64,000 bases of DNA, taken from Flavobacteriales bacterium (GTDB lineage: Bacteria > Bacteroidota > Bacteroidia > Flavobacteriales_F > PHOS-HE28). The notes beneath the pieces were generated by a model that was given only the letters and a program-made list of their open reading frames with translations, did not search any database and had not been told where the DNA came from. The stretch spans positions 5,798 to 69,797 of the forward strand of contig JAEUTA010000013.1 of the NCBI GenBank assembly GCA_016788205.1, in the 5' to 3' direction. Within the stretch, counting starts at the first letter, position 1; the number at the start of each line of letters is the position of its first letter. Below, piece by piece: positions 1 through 8,827 of this stretch. The translations under genes and the position numbers were made by a program.

Positions 1-513
1 AAGTTCGGCCTGCAACCCAGCTTGGACCTTTTCCAACAAGCGTTGCTCGGTAAACCGATCGGCCTTGACCCCAACGAGAAATACCGAAGCGACCGCGAGG
101 ACGGACAGTACGTGCTCACCAGCAAGGAGAAACGGAAGTTCGTGCGTGCCGCAGAAGATATCAGCCCGGGAGATACGCTGGCCCGCGACCGCGACATGCG
201 CGAACGTCGTTTGGAACGCACGCTGCGCAAGGCCGAAGAGAAGGAAGCCATCGTGCTGCGCTATTGGATCGAACCGGACAGCTTCCGTGTTTCTCGTGTA
301 CAGATCGCGGACCTCGTACGCGACCAGACCGCCGATGTGCGTTATGAAGAACGGAGCGGTCCGGAAACCCACCACCTTCCGACGCGCATCCGCATCACCT
401 TGAGCGAACCCACCCGCCAGGCCACCGGCGTGCTCGAACTTTCGCGCATCGAGCTCGAAGGCCCGCTGCAATTGAACTTCCGCATACCGGAGAAATTCAC
501 GCCCATGCCATGA
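1..513 (+). CDS. Hypothetical protein, C-terminal fragment. The reading frame is open to the window start and the gene probably begins upstream. Possibly a DUF4292/LolB-like lipoprotein, which often precedes EnvC-like M23 peptidases.
   Basis: The frame of the tracked ORF 22..513 (TTG start) has no stop back to nt 1. The stop overlaps the start of the following M23 peptidase gene. No diagnostic motif was recognised. Confidence 0.4.
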   Translation, partial: KFGLQPSLDLFQQALLGKPIGLDPNEKYRSDREDGQYVLTSKEKRKFVRAAEDISPGDTLARDRDMRERRLERTLRKAEEKEAIVLRYWIEPDSFRVSRVQIADLVRDQTADVRYEERSGPETHHLPTRIRITLSEPTRQATGVLELSRIELEGPLQLNFRIPEKFTPMP

Positions 514-1763
514 GCATGCGCCTTCACATACCGAGCTTCAACGCGATGACGCGAGTCGCTCTTGTTCTGTTCCTGTTGCTCTCCGCGGCCGGTGTTTCCG
601 CGCAGAGCAAGAAGGAACTTGAGAAGAAACGCGCTGCACTGGACAAGCAGATCAAGACCACCACGGCATTGATCGATCAAGCACGCAAGGAACAGCGCGT
701 CACACAAGAACAACTGCAATTGCTCGAAAGCCAGATCGGCGCTCGCCAGGAATTGATCAATGCGATGAGCGGCGAACTCCGCAAAGTGGATCAACGCATC
801 GCCGAGGACGTGGAGTTGGTCGCTTCACTGAAGCAGGACATGGTGAAGCTGAAGGAGGAGTACGCACGCATGCTCCAGTTCGCTTACCGCAACCGCAGTG
901 CCTACGACCGCATGAGCTACCTCTTCGCGGCGAACAGTTTTCAGCAGGCCTACCGCCGTTCCCGCTACCTGGCACAGATCGCGGAACAACGCCAACGTCA
1001 GGCTGCATTGATCGAAGAGACACGCACCACCATTGATGAACGCCTTGCTGGTTTGCAAGTACAACGCGACGAGAAGAACAAGTTGATGGGCCAGCAGCAG
1101 GCCGAGAAGCAGAAGCTGAACAACGATCGCACTGGCCAGCAGAATACGCTGACCAATTTGAAGAAGGAAGAAGGCCGCTTGCGCGACACGCAGAAAAAGC
1201 AGGAGAGCCAACGCCGCGACCTCGATGCCGCCATCCGCAAGGCCATCGAAGCTGAACTGAAGCCGAAACCCGCTCCGGGTAGCAAACCCGGCACACCGGC
1301 GAAACTCGATCTGAGCCTTACTCCGGAAGCCAAGGAACTCAACGCCGACTTCGAGAAGAACAAGGGCAAACTACCCTGGCCGGTGGAGAAGGGCGTCATC
1401 ACCAGTCGTTTCGGCAAACAACCACACCCGGTGCTCAAAGGCATTGTGATCGAGAACAACGGCATCGACATCACCACCGAGAAGAACGCTGCAGTGCGAG
1501 CCTTGTTCCGCGGCGAAGTGAGCAGCGTAATCGTGATCCCTGGCGCGGGCAAAGCCGTGATCCTGAGCCACGGCGTTTACCGCACCGTGTACAGCAACCT
1601 CCGCGACGTGAGCGTGACCAAAGGCCAGAAAGTGGATACCAAGGCCACCGTCGGCACGGTGCTCACCGACGACAACGGCTCGGTGGCGCACGTCGAACTC
1701 TGGAAGATCACCGCCGAAGGCCTCGTGAAGGTCGATCCCGGGCCGTGGCTCTTTCGGGACTGA
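510..1763 (+). CDS. M23 family peptidase, EnvC-like murein hydrolase activator: signal peptide, long coiled coil, C-terminal LytM/M23 domain.
   Basis: The N-terminus has a hydrophobic signal (VALVLFLLLSAAGVSAQ). About 250 aa are Q/E/K-rich coiled coil. The C-terminal block GKQPHPVLKGIVIENNGIDI...VAHVELW is typical of M23/LytM domains. The start may be the internal Met at 546. Confidence 0.8.
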   Translation: MSMRLHIPSFNAMTRVALVLFLLLSAAGVSAQSKKELEKKRAALDKQIKTTTALIDQARKEQRVTQEQLQLLESQIGARQELINAMSGELRKVDQRIAEDVELVASLKQDMVKLKEEYARMLQFAYRNRSAYDRMSYLFAANSFQQAYRRSRYLAQIAEQRQRQAALIEETRTTIDERLAGLQVQRDEKNKLMGQQQAEKQKLNNDRTGQQNTLTNLKKEEGRLRDTQKKQESQRRDLDAAIRKAIEAELKPKPAPGSKPGTPAKLDLSLTPEAKELNADFEKNKGKLPWPVEKGVITSRFGKQPHPVLKGIVIENNGIDITTEKNAAVRALFRGEVSSVIVIPGAGKAVILSHGVYRTVYSNLRDVSVTKGQKVDTKATVGTVLTDDNGSVAHVELWKITAEGLVKVDPGPWLFRD

Positions 1764-1835
1764 GACCGGAACTGCGGATAGGCTACCTTTGGCGGGCCTA
1801 CGGTCAGCACCAAACGACCGCACAGGCCAACTGCA

Positions 1836-2000
1836 ATGGGCAAGTTCGGTGTAATGGAGATCGTCCTGATCCTCCTTGTGGTAGTGCTCCTCTTCGGCGG
1901 CAAGAAGATCCCCGAGCTCATGCGCGGCCTCGGCAAGGGCATGAAGGAGTTCAAGGATGCCAAGGACGGCAACGACAAGCAGGACGGCACGACGAATTGA
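1836..2000 (+). CDS. tatA: Twin-arginine translocase subunit TatA/E. This 54-aa ORF is below the size cut-off of the ORF track.
   Basis: Translation is [54 protein letters not shown], which carries the classic TatA transmembrane helix followed by the FGxKKLPELxKxLGKGxKEFK amphipathic motif. An alternative start is at 1854. Coordinates were read from the sequence and are good to about 2 nt. Confidence 0.75.
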   Translation: MGKFGVMEIVLILLVVVLLFGGKKIPELMRGLGKGMKEFKDAKDGNDKQDGTTN

Positions 2001-2064
2001 TCGTCCCCTCGTCCGCGCAAGCAGGATCCCGTGATCCTGCCATTGGCGTTGGAACCACCCGAAC

Positions 2065-3462
2065 ATGACACGCACCTTCGCCGAAGCACGCTCTGCGGCC
2101 GCCACATCGGTAACCACCACGGTGGAAACCGCTTTGCAGCGCGCCGAAGCCCATCAAGACCTCAACGCGTTCCTCGAACTTTTCCATCGCAGCGCACGTG
2201 AGCAAGCGGCGCGGGTGGATGCCCGCATGAAAGCCGGCGATGCCGGTCCGCTTGCCGGTCTGGTGCTCAGCATCAAGGACAACATCTGCTACAAGGATCA
2301 CAAGGTCGGCGCAGCTTCGCGCATCCTTGAAGGCTTTACCTCGCTCTACAGCGCGACCGTTGTTGAACGCTTGCTCGCTGCGGATGCCGTGATCATTGGC
2401 CGCACCAACTGCGACGAGTTCGCCATGGGCAGCAGCAACGAGAACAGCGCGTTCGGCAACGTGCTCAACCCCTTGGACAAGACGAAAGTCCCCGGCGGTT
2501 CCAGCGGTGGCGCGGCTACTTCCGTGGCTGCAGACATCGTGCATGTGGCCCTGGGCAGCGATACCGGAGGAAGCATCCGCCAGCCTGCATCATTCACCGG
2601 CACCGTCGGTTTCAAACCCACGTACGGACGCGTGAGCCGCTACGGCCTCATCGCCTTTGCCAGCAGCTTCGATCAGATCGGACCCTTCGCACACAATGTG
2701 GCCGATGCCGCTGCGGTGTACAATGTGATGGCCGGCCACGACCAGAAGGATAGCACCACCAGCCGGAAGCCTGTGGAAAACGCCACGCTGCAGCATCCGG
2801 GAAAACTGCGCATCGCCTACTACCGCGAAGGGTTGGAGCGCGCGGGCATGGATCCCGAAGTGGTGGCACATCTCCAAGCGCACATCGACCGCCTGAAAGC
2901 CGAGGGCCACACCGTGGAGCCTATCTCGGTTCCTCTGCTTGACCACCAAGTGCCCACCTACTACATCCTGGCCACCGCCGAAGCGAGCAGCAACCTCGCG
3001 CGTTTCGACGGCATCCGCTACGGCCACCGCAGCAAGAACGCCAAAGGGGTTGACGAGACCTACCGCCTCAGCCGCACCGAAGGCTTCGGTCCCGAAGTGA
3101 AACGCCGCATCCTCCTTGGCACCTTCGTGTTGAGCGCCGGTTACTACGACGCCTACTACGGCCAGGCCCAGCGCGTGCGCCGCATCATCCGCGACCACAC
3201 CCTGGCCGCTTTCGAGAACTACGACCTGATCCTCAGCCCAACCTGCCCCGGCACCGCCTTCGGTCACGGCGAGATCAGCGATCCTGTGGCGATGTACCTC
3301 CAAGACATCTTCACCGTGCAGGCGAACCTAGCCGGTGTCCCTGCGATCAGCCTGCCCACGGGCAAGCACAGCAACGGTATGCCCTTCGGCGTGCAGCTCA
3401 CGGGCAAGCCCTTCGATGAGGTACGGCTGCTGGCGGCGAGTGCGGAGGTGTTCGGCTGCTGA
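2065..3462 (+). CDS. gatA: Glutamyl-tRNA(Gln) amidotransferase subunit A (amidase family).
   Basis: Amidase signature GGSSGGAATSVAADIVHVALGSDTGGSIRQPA. Length 465 aa. N- and C-terminal conservation is typical of GatA. Confidence 0.9.
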   Translation: MTRTFAEARSAAATSVTTTVETALQRAEAHQDLNAFLELFHRSAREQAARVDARMKAGDAGPLAGLVLSIKDNICYKDHKVGAASRILEGFTSLYSATVVERLLAADAVIIGRTNCDEFAMGSSNENSAFGNVLNPLDKTKVPGGSSGGAATSVAADIVHVALGSDTGGSIRQPASFTGTVGFKPTYGRVSRYGLIAFASSFDQIGPFAHNVADAAAVYNVMAGHDQKDSTTSRKPVENATLQHPGKLRIAYYREGLERAGMDPEVVAHLQAHIDRLKAEGHTVEPISVPLLDHQVPTYYILATAEASSNLARFDGIRYGHRSKNAKGVDETYRLSRTEGFGPEVKRRILLGTFVLSAGYYDAYYGQAQRVRRIIRDHTLAAFENYDLILSPTCPGTAFGHGEISDPVAMYLQDIFTVQANLAGVPAISLPTGKHSNGMPFGVQLTGKPFDEVRLLAASAEVFGC

Positions 3463-3926
3463 GCATCGTCTCCATTGGGTCGTTTGTGTCTGATCTTCAG
3501 ACAATTGTCCGACTACTTATCCGTAGCTGATCGGCCAACCCTCTGGGATCGCCAGATTATCACCTCCTGGGATTCTGATAAACCCGCCCTCCGACAAATA
3601 CATCCCCCTTTTCCAGAAACACTGACGTCTTTCCCGTGGATAACCCCGTTCATAACTGTCCGCATTGTTCATCTCCACCCCCCTCCTTTCGCAGATAACT
3701 TTGCTGGGGGTGCTTTTCAGGTTGCTTGCCCCGTAGCGACCGGTCGGCTAGCCAGCATGACCCTCAAGCCTGCCCCCAAGGCACTGACCACCAACCTGTT
3801 TTGTCATTTCCACCTGATCTTCAGGGGATAACACACGCGATACCGGCAGCCCGCCCAGCCTTTCCACAGCTTTCTGTGGACATAACAAAGGCGTTGTTCC
3901 AACGTATTAGGGATACTTTGGGCCCC

Positions 3927-5405
3927 ATGTTCGCCATCCTTCGCAAGCTCCTGCTGGCCTCTCTCCTGCCGGCATCGCTGGCCGCGCAGCCTGGTTCTCC
4001 GTTGCCGCTCATGGCAGATGACCCCGTGGCCGCCCGCCTGGACGACCTCGCCGCCTTGCCCTGGGTAAAGAACTCACCCCTGCACGCAGACACCGCCAAG
4101 CTGAACATCCACGGCTTCCCCGCTACCTACATCCCAGCCTGGCCCGAAGCCACCTACCAAAGCCGCCTGGCTGCGTTGGATGGCCACACGCCTTTCTCGC
4201 TCACCTACAATCCGGTGGTGCAGTCGTTCATCGACCTCTACGCCGTGCGCAAGCGGGAGATGACCTCGCGCATGCTGGGCCTTTCCGACCTCTACTTCCC
4301 GGTGTTCGAGGAATACCTCGACAAGCACCAGATGCCGTTGGAGTTGAAGTACCTCGCCGTTGTGGAGAGCGCTTTGAATCCCTCCGCCCGCTCCCGCGCC
4401 AGCGCCGTTGGTCTGTGGCAGTTCATGCTACCAACTGGCAAGATGTTCGGCCTGAAAGCGACCAGCTATGTGGACGAGCGACATGATGTCTACCAAAGCA
4501 CGGAAGCCGCGTGCAAGTACCTGAAGTACCTGTACAACATGTACGGCAACTGGGAGCTCGCACTCGCCGCGTACAACTGCGGCCCCGGCAACGTCAACAA
4601 GGCGATCCGTCGCAGCGGTGGCGAAAAGGACTATTGGAAGATCTACGACCACCTTCCACGCGAAACACGCGGGTACGTACCCGCCTTCATCGCGGTGAAC
4701 TACGTGTTCGCACATGCCGCTGACCACAACCTCTATCCTGTTGTTCCCACCTATTGCGCGCACCAAGTGGATACCGTGCAGGTCTGCTACCCACTTGACC
4801 TCGCAAGCGTGGCCCGGTTGACCGGCGCAAGCACACAAGAAGTCCTCGACCTGAACCCGACGTTCAAGCTGGGTGTGGTGCCAGACGTGAATCAACCCGT
4901 TACGGTTTACCTGCCTAAGCGCGCAGCCGGTGTCTTCGTTACCAACGAGGACAGCATTCAATACGCCTTCTTCCAAGCGACACCGACCAGTAAACCCGCG
5001 CCCTCGAACAGCACTAATGCAGTCGCCGACGCACAGACCGTTTCCGTACCCAAGATGCACACCGTGCGCCGCGGCGAATCGCTGGGGGTCATCGCGAACA
5101 AGTATCGGATCAGCGTCACCGAGTTGAAGAAGATGAACGGCTTGCGCGGCACTACCATCCACGCCGGGCAGAAGTTGAAAGTGGGGCGCACCACCAAAAC
5201 CGTGACCGCACAAGCGACACCGAAGCCGGTGGACAAGACCGACCTCTACATCTATTACGAAGTCCAACCCGGCGATACGCTGTGGAACATCGCCGAACGT
5301 TACCCGGGCACAACAGTGGATGATCTCCGTCGCATGAACAGCGAACTGGAGAATGAAGGCTTGAAGCCCGGTCGCAAGATCAAGGTCGGTGTACAAGAGG
5401 GGTGA
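3927..5405 (+). CDS. mltD: Membrane-bound lytic murein transglycosylase D-like protein: SLT domain plus two C-terminal LysM domains.
   Basis: SLT motif ESALNPSARSRASAVGLWQFMLPTGK. Two LysM repeats (HTVRRGESLGVIANKYRISVTELKKMNGL and YEVQPGDTLWNIAERY). The start was trimmed from track ORF 3726 to the Met preceding the signal peptide MFAILRKLLLASLLPASLAAQ. Confidence 0.85.
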   Translation: MFAILRKLLLASLLPASLAAQPGSPLPLMADDPVAARLDDLAALPWVKNSPLHADTAKLNIHGFPATYIPAWPEATYQSRLAALDGHTPFSLTYNPVVQSFIDLYAVRKREMTSRMLGLSDLYFPVFEEYLDKHQMPLELKYLAVVESALNPSARSRASAVGLWQFMLPTGKMFGLKATSYVDERHDVYQSTEAACKYLKYLYNMYGNWELALAAYNCGPGNVNKAIRRSGGEKDYWKIYDHLPRETRGYVPAFIAVNYVFAHAADHNLYPVVPTYCAHQVDTVQVCYPLDLASVARLTGASTQEVLDLNPTFKLGVVPDVNQPVTVYLPKRAAGVFVTNEDSIQYAFFQATPTSKPAPSNSTNAVADAQTVSVPKMHTVRRGESLGVIANKYRISVTELKKMNGLRGTTIHAGQKLKVGRTTKTVTAQATPKPVDKTDLYIYYEVQPGDTLWNIAERYPGTTVDDLRRMNSELENEGLKPGRKIKVGVQEG

Positions 5406-5582
5406 TCGGTCAACGATCGAAGTGATCGTACACACTGCATCTGCGTCCAGCGCGCACTCCTATCTCATCTCGCCATTTCTTTCGCCGCCTGCGAACCACT
5501 GACCATCAGGTCCTTCGCAACCTTTATCGATCGCTGTTGATATTTCAACGATACAAGAATGTCGTTGAGCATCTAATTTGCG

Positions 5583-5867
5583 TTGTCGATAGTGACGAAA
5601 TCACCGTCGATCAGCGCTATGGAACTCGCACGCATCCGACCTTTCGCCCACAAACACTGCCGCTTCAGATTGCGCAACGGAAAGGAAGTGTTCGGTGTGA
5701 TCTGGGAGGTGGAAACCCAGGAGACCGCAGTCGATGCTGCCGAGAAGCGCTTGTTCTTTGCCAGCGTGCGTGATTACGAGCGTCTGCAGAACGTGCCGCA
5801 CGAACCCGTGAGCGTGATCGACATGCGGCCCGAGGAGATCATCAACGTGGAAAGCCTCGCGAGCTGA
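5583..5867 (+). CDS. Small hypothetical protein, about 82-94 aa. The likely start is the internal Met (MELARIRPF...) near 5619.
   Basis: ORF only. No recognisable motif. It sits in a 180-bp gap between mltD and convergent ptrB. Codon usage is consistent with neighbours. Confidence 0.35.
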   Translation: MSIVTKSPSISAMELARIRPFAHKHCRFRLRNGKEVFGVIWEVETQETAVDAAEKRLFFASVRDYERLQNVPHEPVSVIDMRPEEIINVESLAS

Positions 5868-5871
5868 AGAG

Positions 5872-8037
5872 TCACTCCGCCAAGCCCGCTCGCCACAACA
5901 GGAACGCATAGTTCCGAGCTACTTCCCGCAGCGATTCGAATCTTCCACTGGCGCCCCCGTGACCAGCCTCCATGTTCACGTGCATCAAGATCGGCGCTTC
6001 ACCCCTCTGGTGCTCGCGCAATCGCTGCACCCATTTCGCAGGCTCCCAGTACTGAACTTGGCTGTCGTGGAAGCCCGTCCCCACAAGTATGGCCGGGTAG
6101 GCCTGATCCTTCACATTGTCGTAGGGCGAGTAACTCAGCATCCGTTCGTACGCCTCCTTTTCCTTCGGATCACCCCACTCCTCGAACTCGCCGGTGGTCA
6201 ACGGGATGCTCTCATCCAGCATGGTGGTCACCACGTCTACGAAAGGCACATCTGCAATCACTCCGTTCCATAGTTCCGGACGCATGTTCACCACAGCACC
6301 CATCAGCAAGCCCCCTGCACTTCCACCGAAGGCGAACAGCCGCTTGGGGTCGGCGTACTTCAGCTTCACCAGCGCCTCACCGCAATCGATGAAGTCGTTG
6401 AAGGTGTTCATCTTGTCCTCCATCTTCCCGGTCTCGTACCATTCACGGCCAAGCTCCTCTCCTCCGCGGATGTGCGCGATGGCATAGACGAAACCCCGGT
6501 CCAACAAGGAAAGGCGCGCACTGCTGAATGTCGGGTCGATGGTAACCCCGTAACTACCGTAGCCATACAGCAGCAACGGAGAGCTTCCATCCAGCGCAGT
6601 ACCCTTCCGGTAAACGATGGAGACAGGAACCCTCACGCTATCCCGCGCGACCACCCAGATGCGCTCACTCGTATAGTTCTTCGCATCGAATGAACCTACC
6701 ACCTCCTGCTGTTTCAACAGCGTGTCGGTCTGTGCATTCAGATCGTGCTCGTAGACACCGCTTGGCGTCGTGAGCGAAGTGTACCCATAGCGCAGCTTGT
6801 CCGTGTTCCACTCCGCATTGGTGCCGGTGAAGCACACATAGGCAGGATCCTGGAACGCGATCTCGTGCTGGCGCCCATCGCTCAAGCGACGCACCACAAG
6901 ATGGGTGAGGCCATCCCGCCGCTCGGAGATCACGAGGTGATCCTTGAACGTATCCACATCCTCCAGAAGCACCTCGGCGCGATGTGCGACCACTTCTTTC
7001 CACTTCCGCTTGTCGTTCGTCTGGCCTTCGGCGCATTCCATCAACCGGAAGTTGAGCGCCTTCCAATTGGTGATGATGTACCATTTGCCTGGCGTACCCG
7101 GAACATGGATAACGGTGTTCTCGTGATCCTCTTCGCGCGGTAGGAAGACCCTGAACTCGCCCTTCGGTTCGTCCACGGGGAGCATGAGATGTTCACTGCT
7201 CGTGGTGCTCTCCGTGGTGATCATCACAAAGCGGTCGCTACGACTGCGGTACACATCACAACTGAACCCAGGGTCTTTCTCCTCGAAGACGACCACATCA
7301 TTCACTTCGTCCGTGCCGAGTTCATGGCGATAGATGCGATACGAGCGCAGCGTTTCGTCCTTGCGCGGGTAGAAGACCGTGCGCTCATCCGCCCACGCGC
7401 AGCCACCTCCGGTGTTGGTGATCACATCAGGCAGGTCCTTGCCTGTGCTCAGATCCTTGAAGCGAAGCTCGTATTGGCGTCGGCCTACACGATCCTCGCT
7501 GTAGCACACCAGGTTGTTCTGCGGACTGATCTCGAAGTCGCCGAGATCGTAGTACGTGGTGCCTGCGGCAAGTTCGTTCTCATCCAGGAAGTCCTGTTCA
7601 GTCGCTCCCGGCTCGTCCTTACGGCGCACCTGAATGGCGTATTCCTTGCCTTCTTCGAAACGCGAATGATACCAGTAGCCGTTCTCGCGGTAGGGCACGC
7701 TGAGGTCCGTTTGCTTGATCCGTGACCGCAGTTCCTTGAAGAGATCCTCACGCAATTGCTTCACAGGCTCCATCATCGCCTCACAGTAGGCGTTCTCCGC
7801 ATCAAGGTGCGCGACCACCTCTTTCGTGTGGGCGTCAGGCTCCGGTGCGTTCCGCTGCTCTTCGCTCAGGCGCATCCAATGGTATTCATCGGTGCGGGTA
7901 TGCCCATGCGTGGTGATCTCGAATGGCTTCCTTGCCGCAAGGGGCGGCGCGAGCACGGTGACCTTCATTTCCGGAGTGGCGTTCTGGCAACCCGCGACGA
8001 GGGCCGCAGCGGCGGCGAGGAGAAAGAGACGAAGCAT
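5872..8037 (-). CDS. ptrB: Oligopeptidase B (protease II), S9A prolyl oligopeptidase family, lipoprotein.
   Basis: Lipobox LVAGC at the N-terminus. N-terminal beta-propeller region. Catalytic Ser block GGSAGGLLMGAVVN and the C-terminal His/Asp region are typical of OpdB. Confidence 0.8.
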   Translation of the reverse strand: MLRLFLLAAAAALVAGCQNATPEMKVTVLAPPLAARKPFEITTHGHTRTDEYHWMRLSEEQRNAPEPDAHTKEVVAHLDAENAYCEAMMEPVKQLREDLFKELRSRIKQTDLSVPYRENGYWYHSRFEEGKEYAIQVRRKDEPGATEQDFLDENELAAGTTYYDLGDFEISPQNNLVCYSEDRVGRRQYELRFKDLSTGKDLPDVITNTGGGCAWADERTVFYPRKDETLRSYRIYRHELGTDEVNDVVVFEEKDPGFSCDVYRSRSDRFVMITTESTTSSEHLMLPVDEPKGEFRVFLPREEDHENTVIHVPGTPGKWYIITNWKALNFRLMECAEGQTNDKRKWKEVVAHRAEVLLEDVDTFKDHLVISERRDGLTHLVVRRLSDGRQHEIAFQDPAYVCFTGTNAEWNTDKLRYGYTSLTTPSGVYEHDLNAQTDTLLKQQEVVGSFDAKNYTSERIWVVARDSVRVPVSIVYRKGTALDGSSPLLLYGYGSYGVTIDPTFSSARLSLLDRGFVYAIAHIRGGEELGREWYETGKMEDKMNTFNDFIDCGEALVKLKYADPKRLFAFGGSAGGLLMGAVVNMRPELWNGVIADVPFVDVVTTMLDESIPLTTGEFEEWGDPKEKEAYERMLSYSPYDNVKDQAYPAILVGTGFHDSQVQYWEPAKWVQRLREHQRGEAPILMHVNMEAGHGGASGRFESLREVARNYAFLLWRAGLAE

Positions 8038-8080
8038 GGGCTGAACGCGAGGCCCAAGGTAGTGCGGATGACTCCTTCCT

Positions 8081-8788
8081 TTAGCCCAACACTTGCTGCA
8101 GTATCAACGGGGAACGAAGCTCACCCAGGCCTTCCACGTGCATCCTGAAATAGAGCAACAACCGGTCGAGCAATTCCCTGCGCTGGGTGGCCCCGATCTT
8201 CAGGTCGTGCAAAGAACTGAACCCCGAAGACAGCATTGTCGCAAGATGCGTGCTCAGCGGAGGCCCCATGCAGTGCCCGTTCGAGATACGCGTGAACTCA
8301 CCTTCATGCAGGTCGAAATAGTCCTCGCCCGCCGCTGGCATGGCCGGCATGAAGCCCAACTGACCGCTGAGCTGCACCAAGAACACCAAAGGGAAGTTGC
8401 GTACATCGGCCGTCGTATCGATGAGCTCCACAGCCTCCTCCACGAATACATACAGTTCGGGATCCGCTGATTCGCCCCGCAGTACCCGGTACAGCACTTC
8501 CTGCACGAATAGCACCAGCGCGCCGCGGACGGGATCGACAGGAACGAGCAAGAATGGTCGCTCCACGCGCAGCTCCCTGATACTGAGCAGATCGCGATCC
8601 GTTGTTTCGCTCGCAACAAGCTCCACCCGGTTAAGCGCCTGCAGGGCCGCTTGTGACCCACCACCCTTCCGACCGGGCCTCACGAGGAAAGACCGTACAC
8701 CGAGGTGCTCGGTGAAAGCCTTCAACACGAGCGTACTTTCACTGTGTCGAACACATCGGAGCACGATGCCTCGTGTGGTGTGTAGCAT
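8081..8788 (-). CDS. recO: DNA repair protein RecO.
   Basis: The 235-aa protein begins MLHTTRGIVLRCVRHSESTLVLKAFTEHLGVRSF, the RecO N-terminal OB-fold signature. Size matches RecO. Confidence 0.75.
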   Translation of the reverse strand: MLHTTRGIVLRCVRHSESTLVLKAFTEHLGVRSFLVRPGRKGGGSQAALQALNRVELVASETTDRDLLSIRELRVERPFLLVPVDPVRGALVLFVQEVLYRVLRGESADPELYVFVEEAVELIDTTADVRNFPLVFLVQLSGQLGFMPAMPAAGEDYFDLHEGEFTRISNGHCMGPPLSTHLATMLSSGFSSLHDLKIGATQRRELLDRLLLYFRMHVEGLGELRSPLILQQVLG

Positions 8789-8827
8789 GACCGGGGCAGC
8801 TGCCCAAAAGCCGCATTGATGTTCCTG

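Noticed and set aside
1371-2120. 249-aa minus-strand ORF overlapping the 3' end of the M23 peptidase gene and tatA
   Set aside because: It is antisense to two well-supported genes. Its Arg/Ala/Gly-rich composition is typical of high-GC shadow ORFs.
2590-3303. 237-aa minus-strand ORF inside gatA
   Set aside because: Fully antisense to gatA, with a low-complexity Ala/Gly/Val composition.
3475-3831. 118-aa plus-strand ORF in the long intergenic region before mltD
   Set aside because: Pro/Thr/Leu-rich with no start context or homology. The region is more likely non-coding, as covered in the findings.
4428-5435. 335-aa minus-strand ORF inside the mltD-like gene
   Set aside because: Antisense to a gene with clear SLT and LysM motifs. 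No motif of its own.
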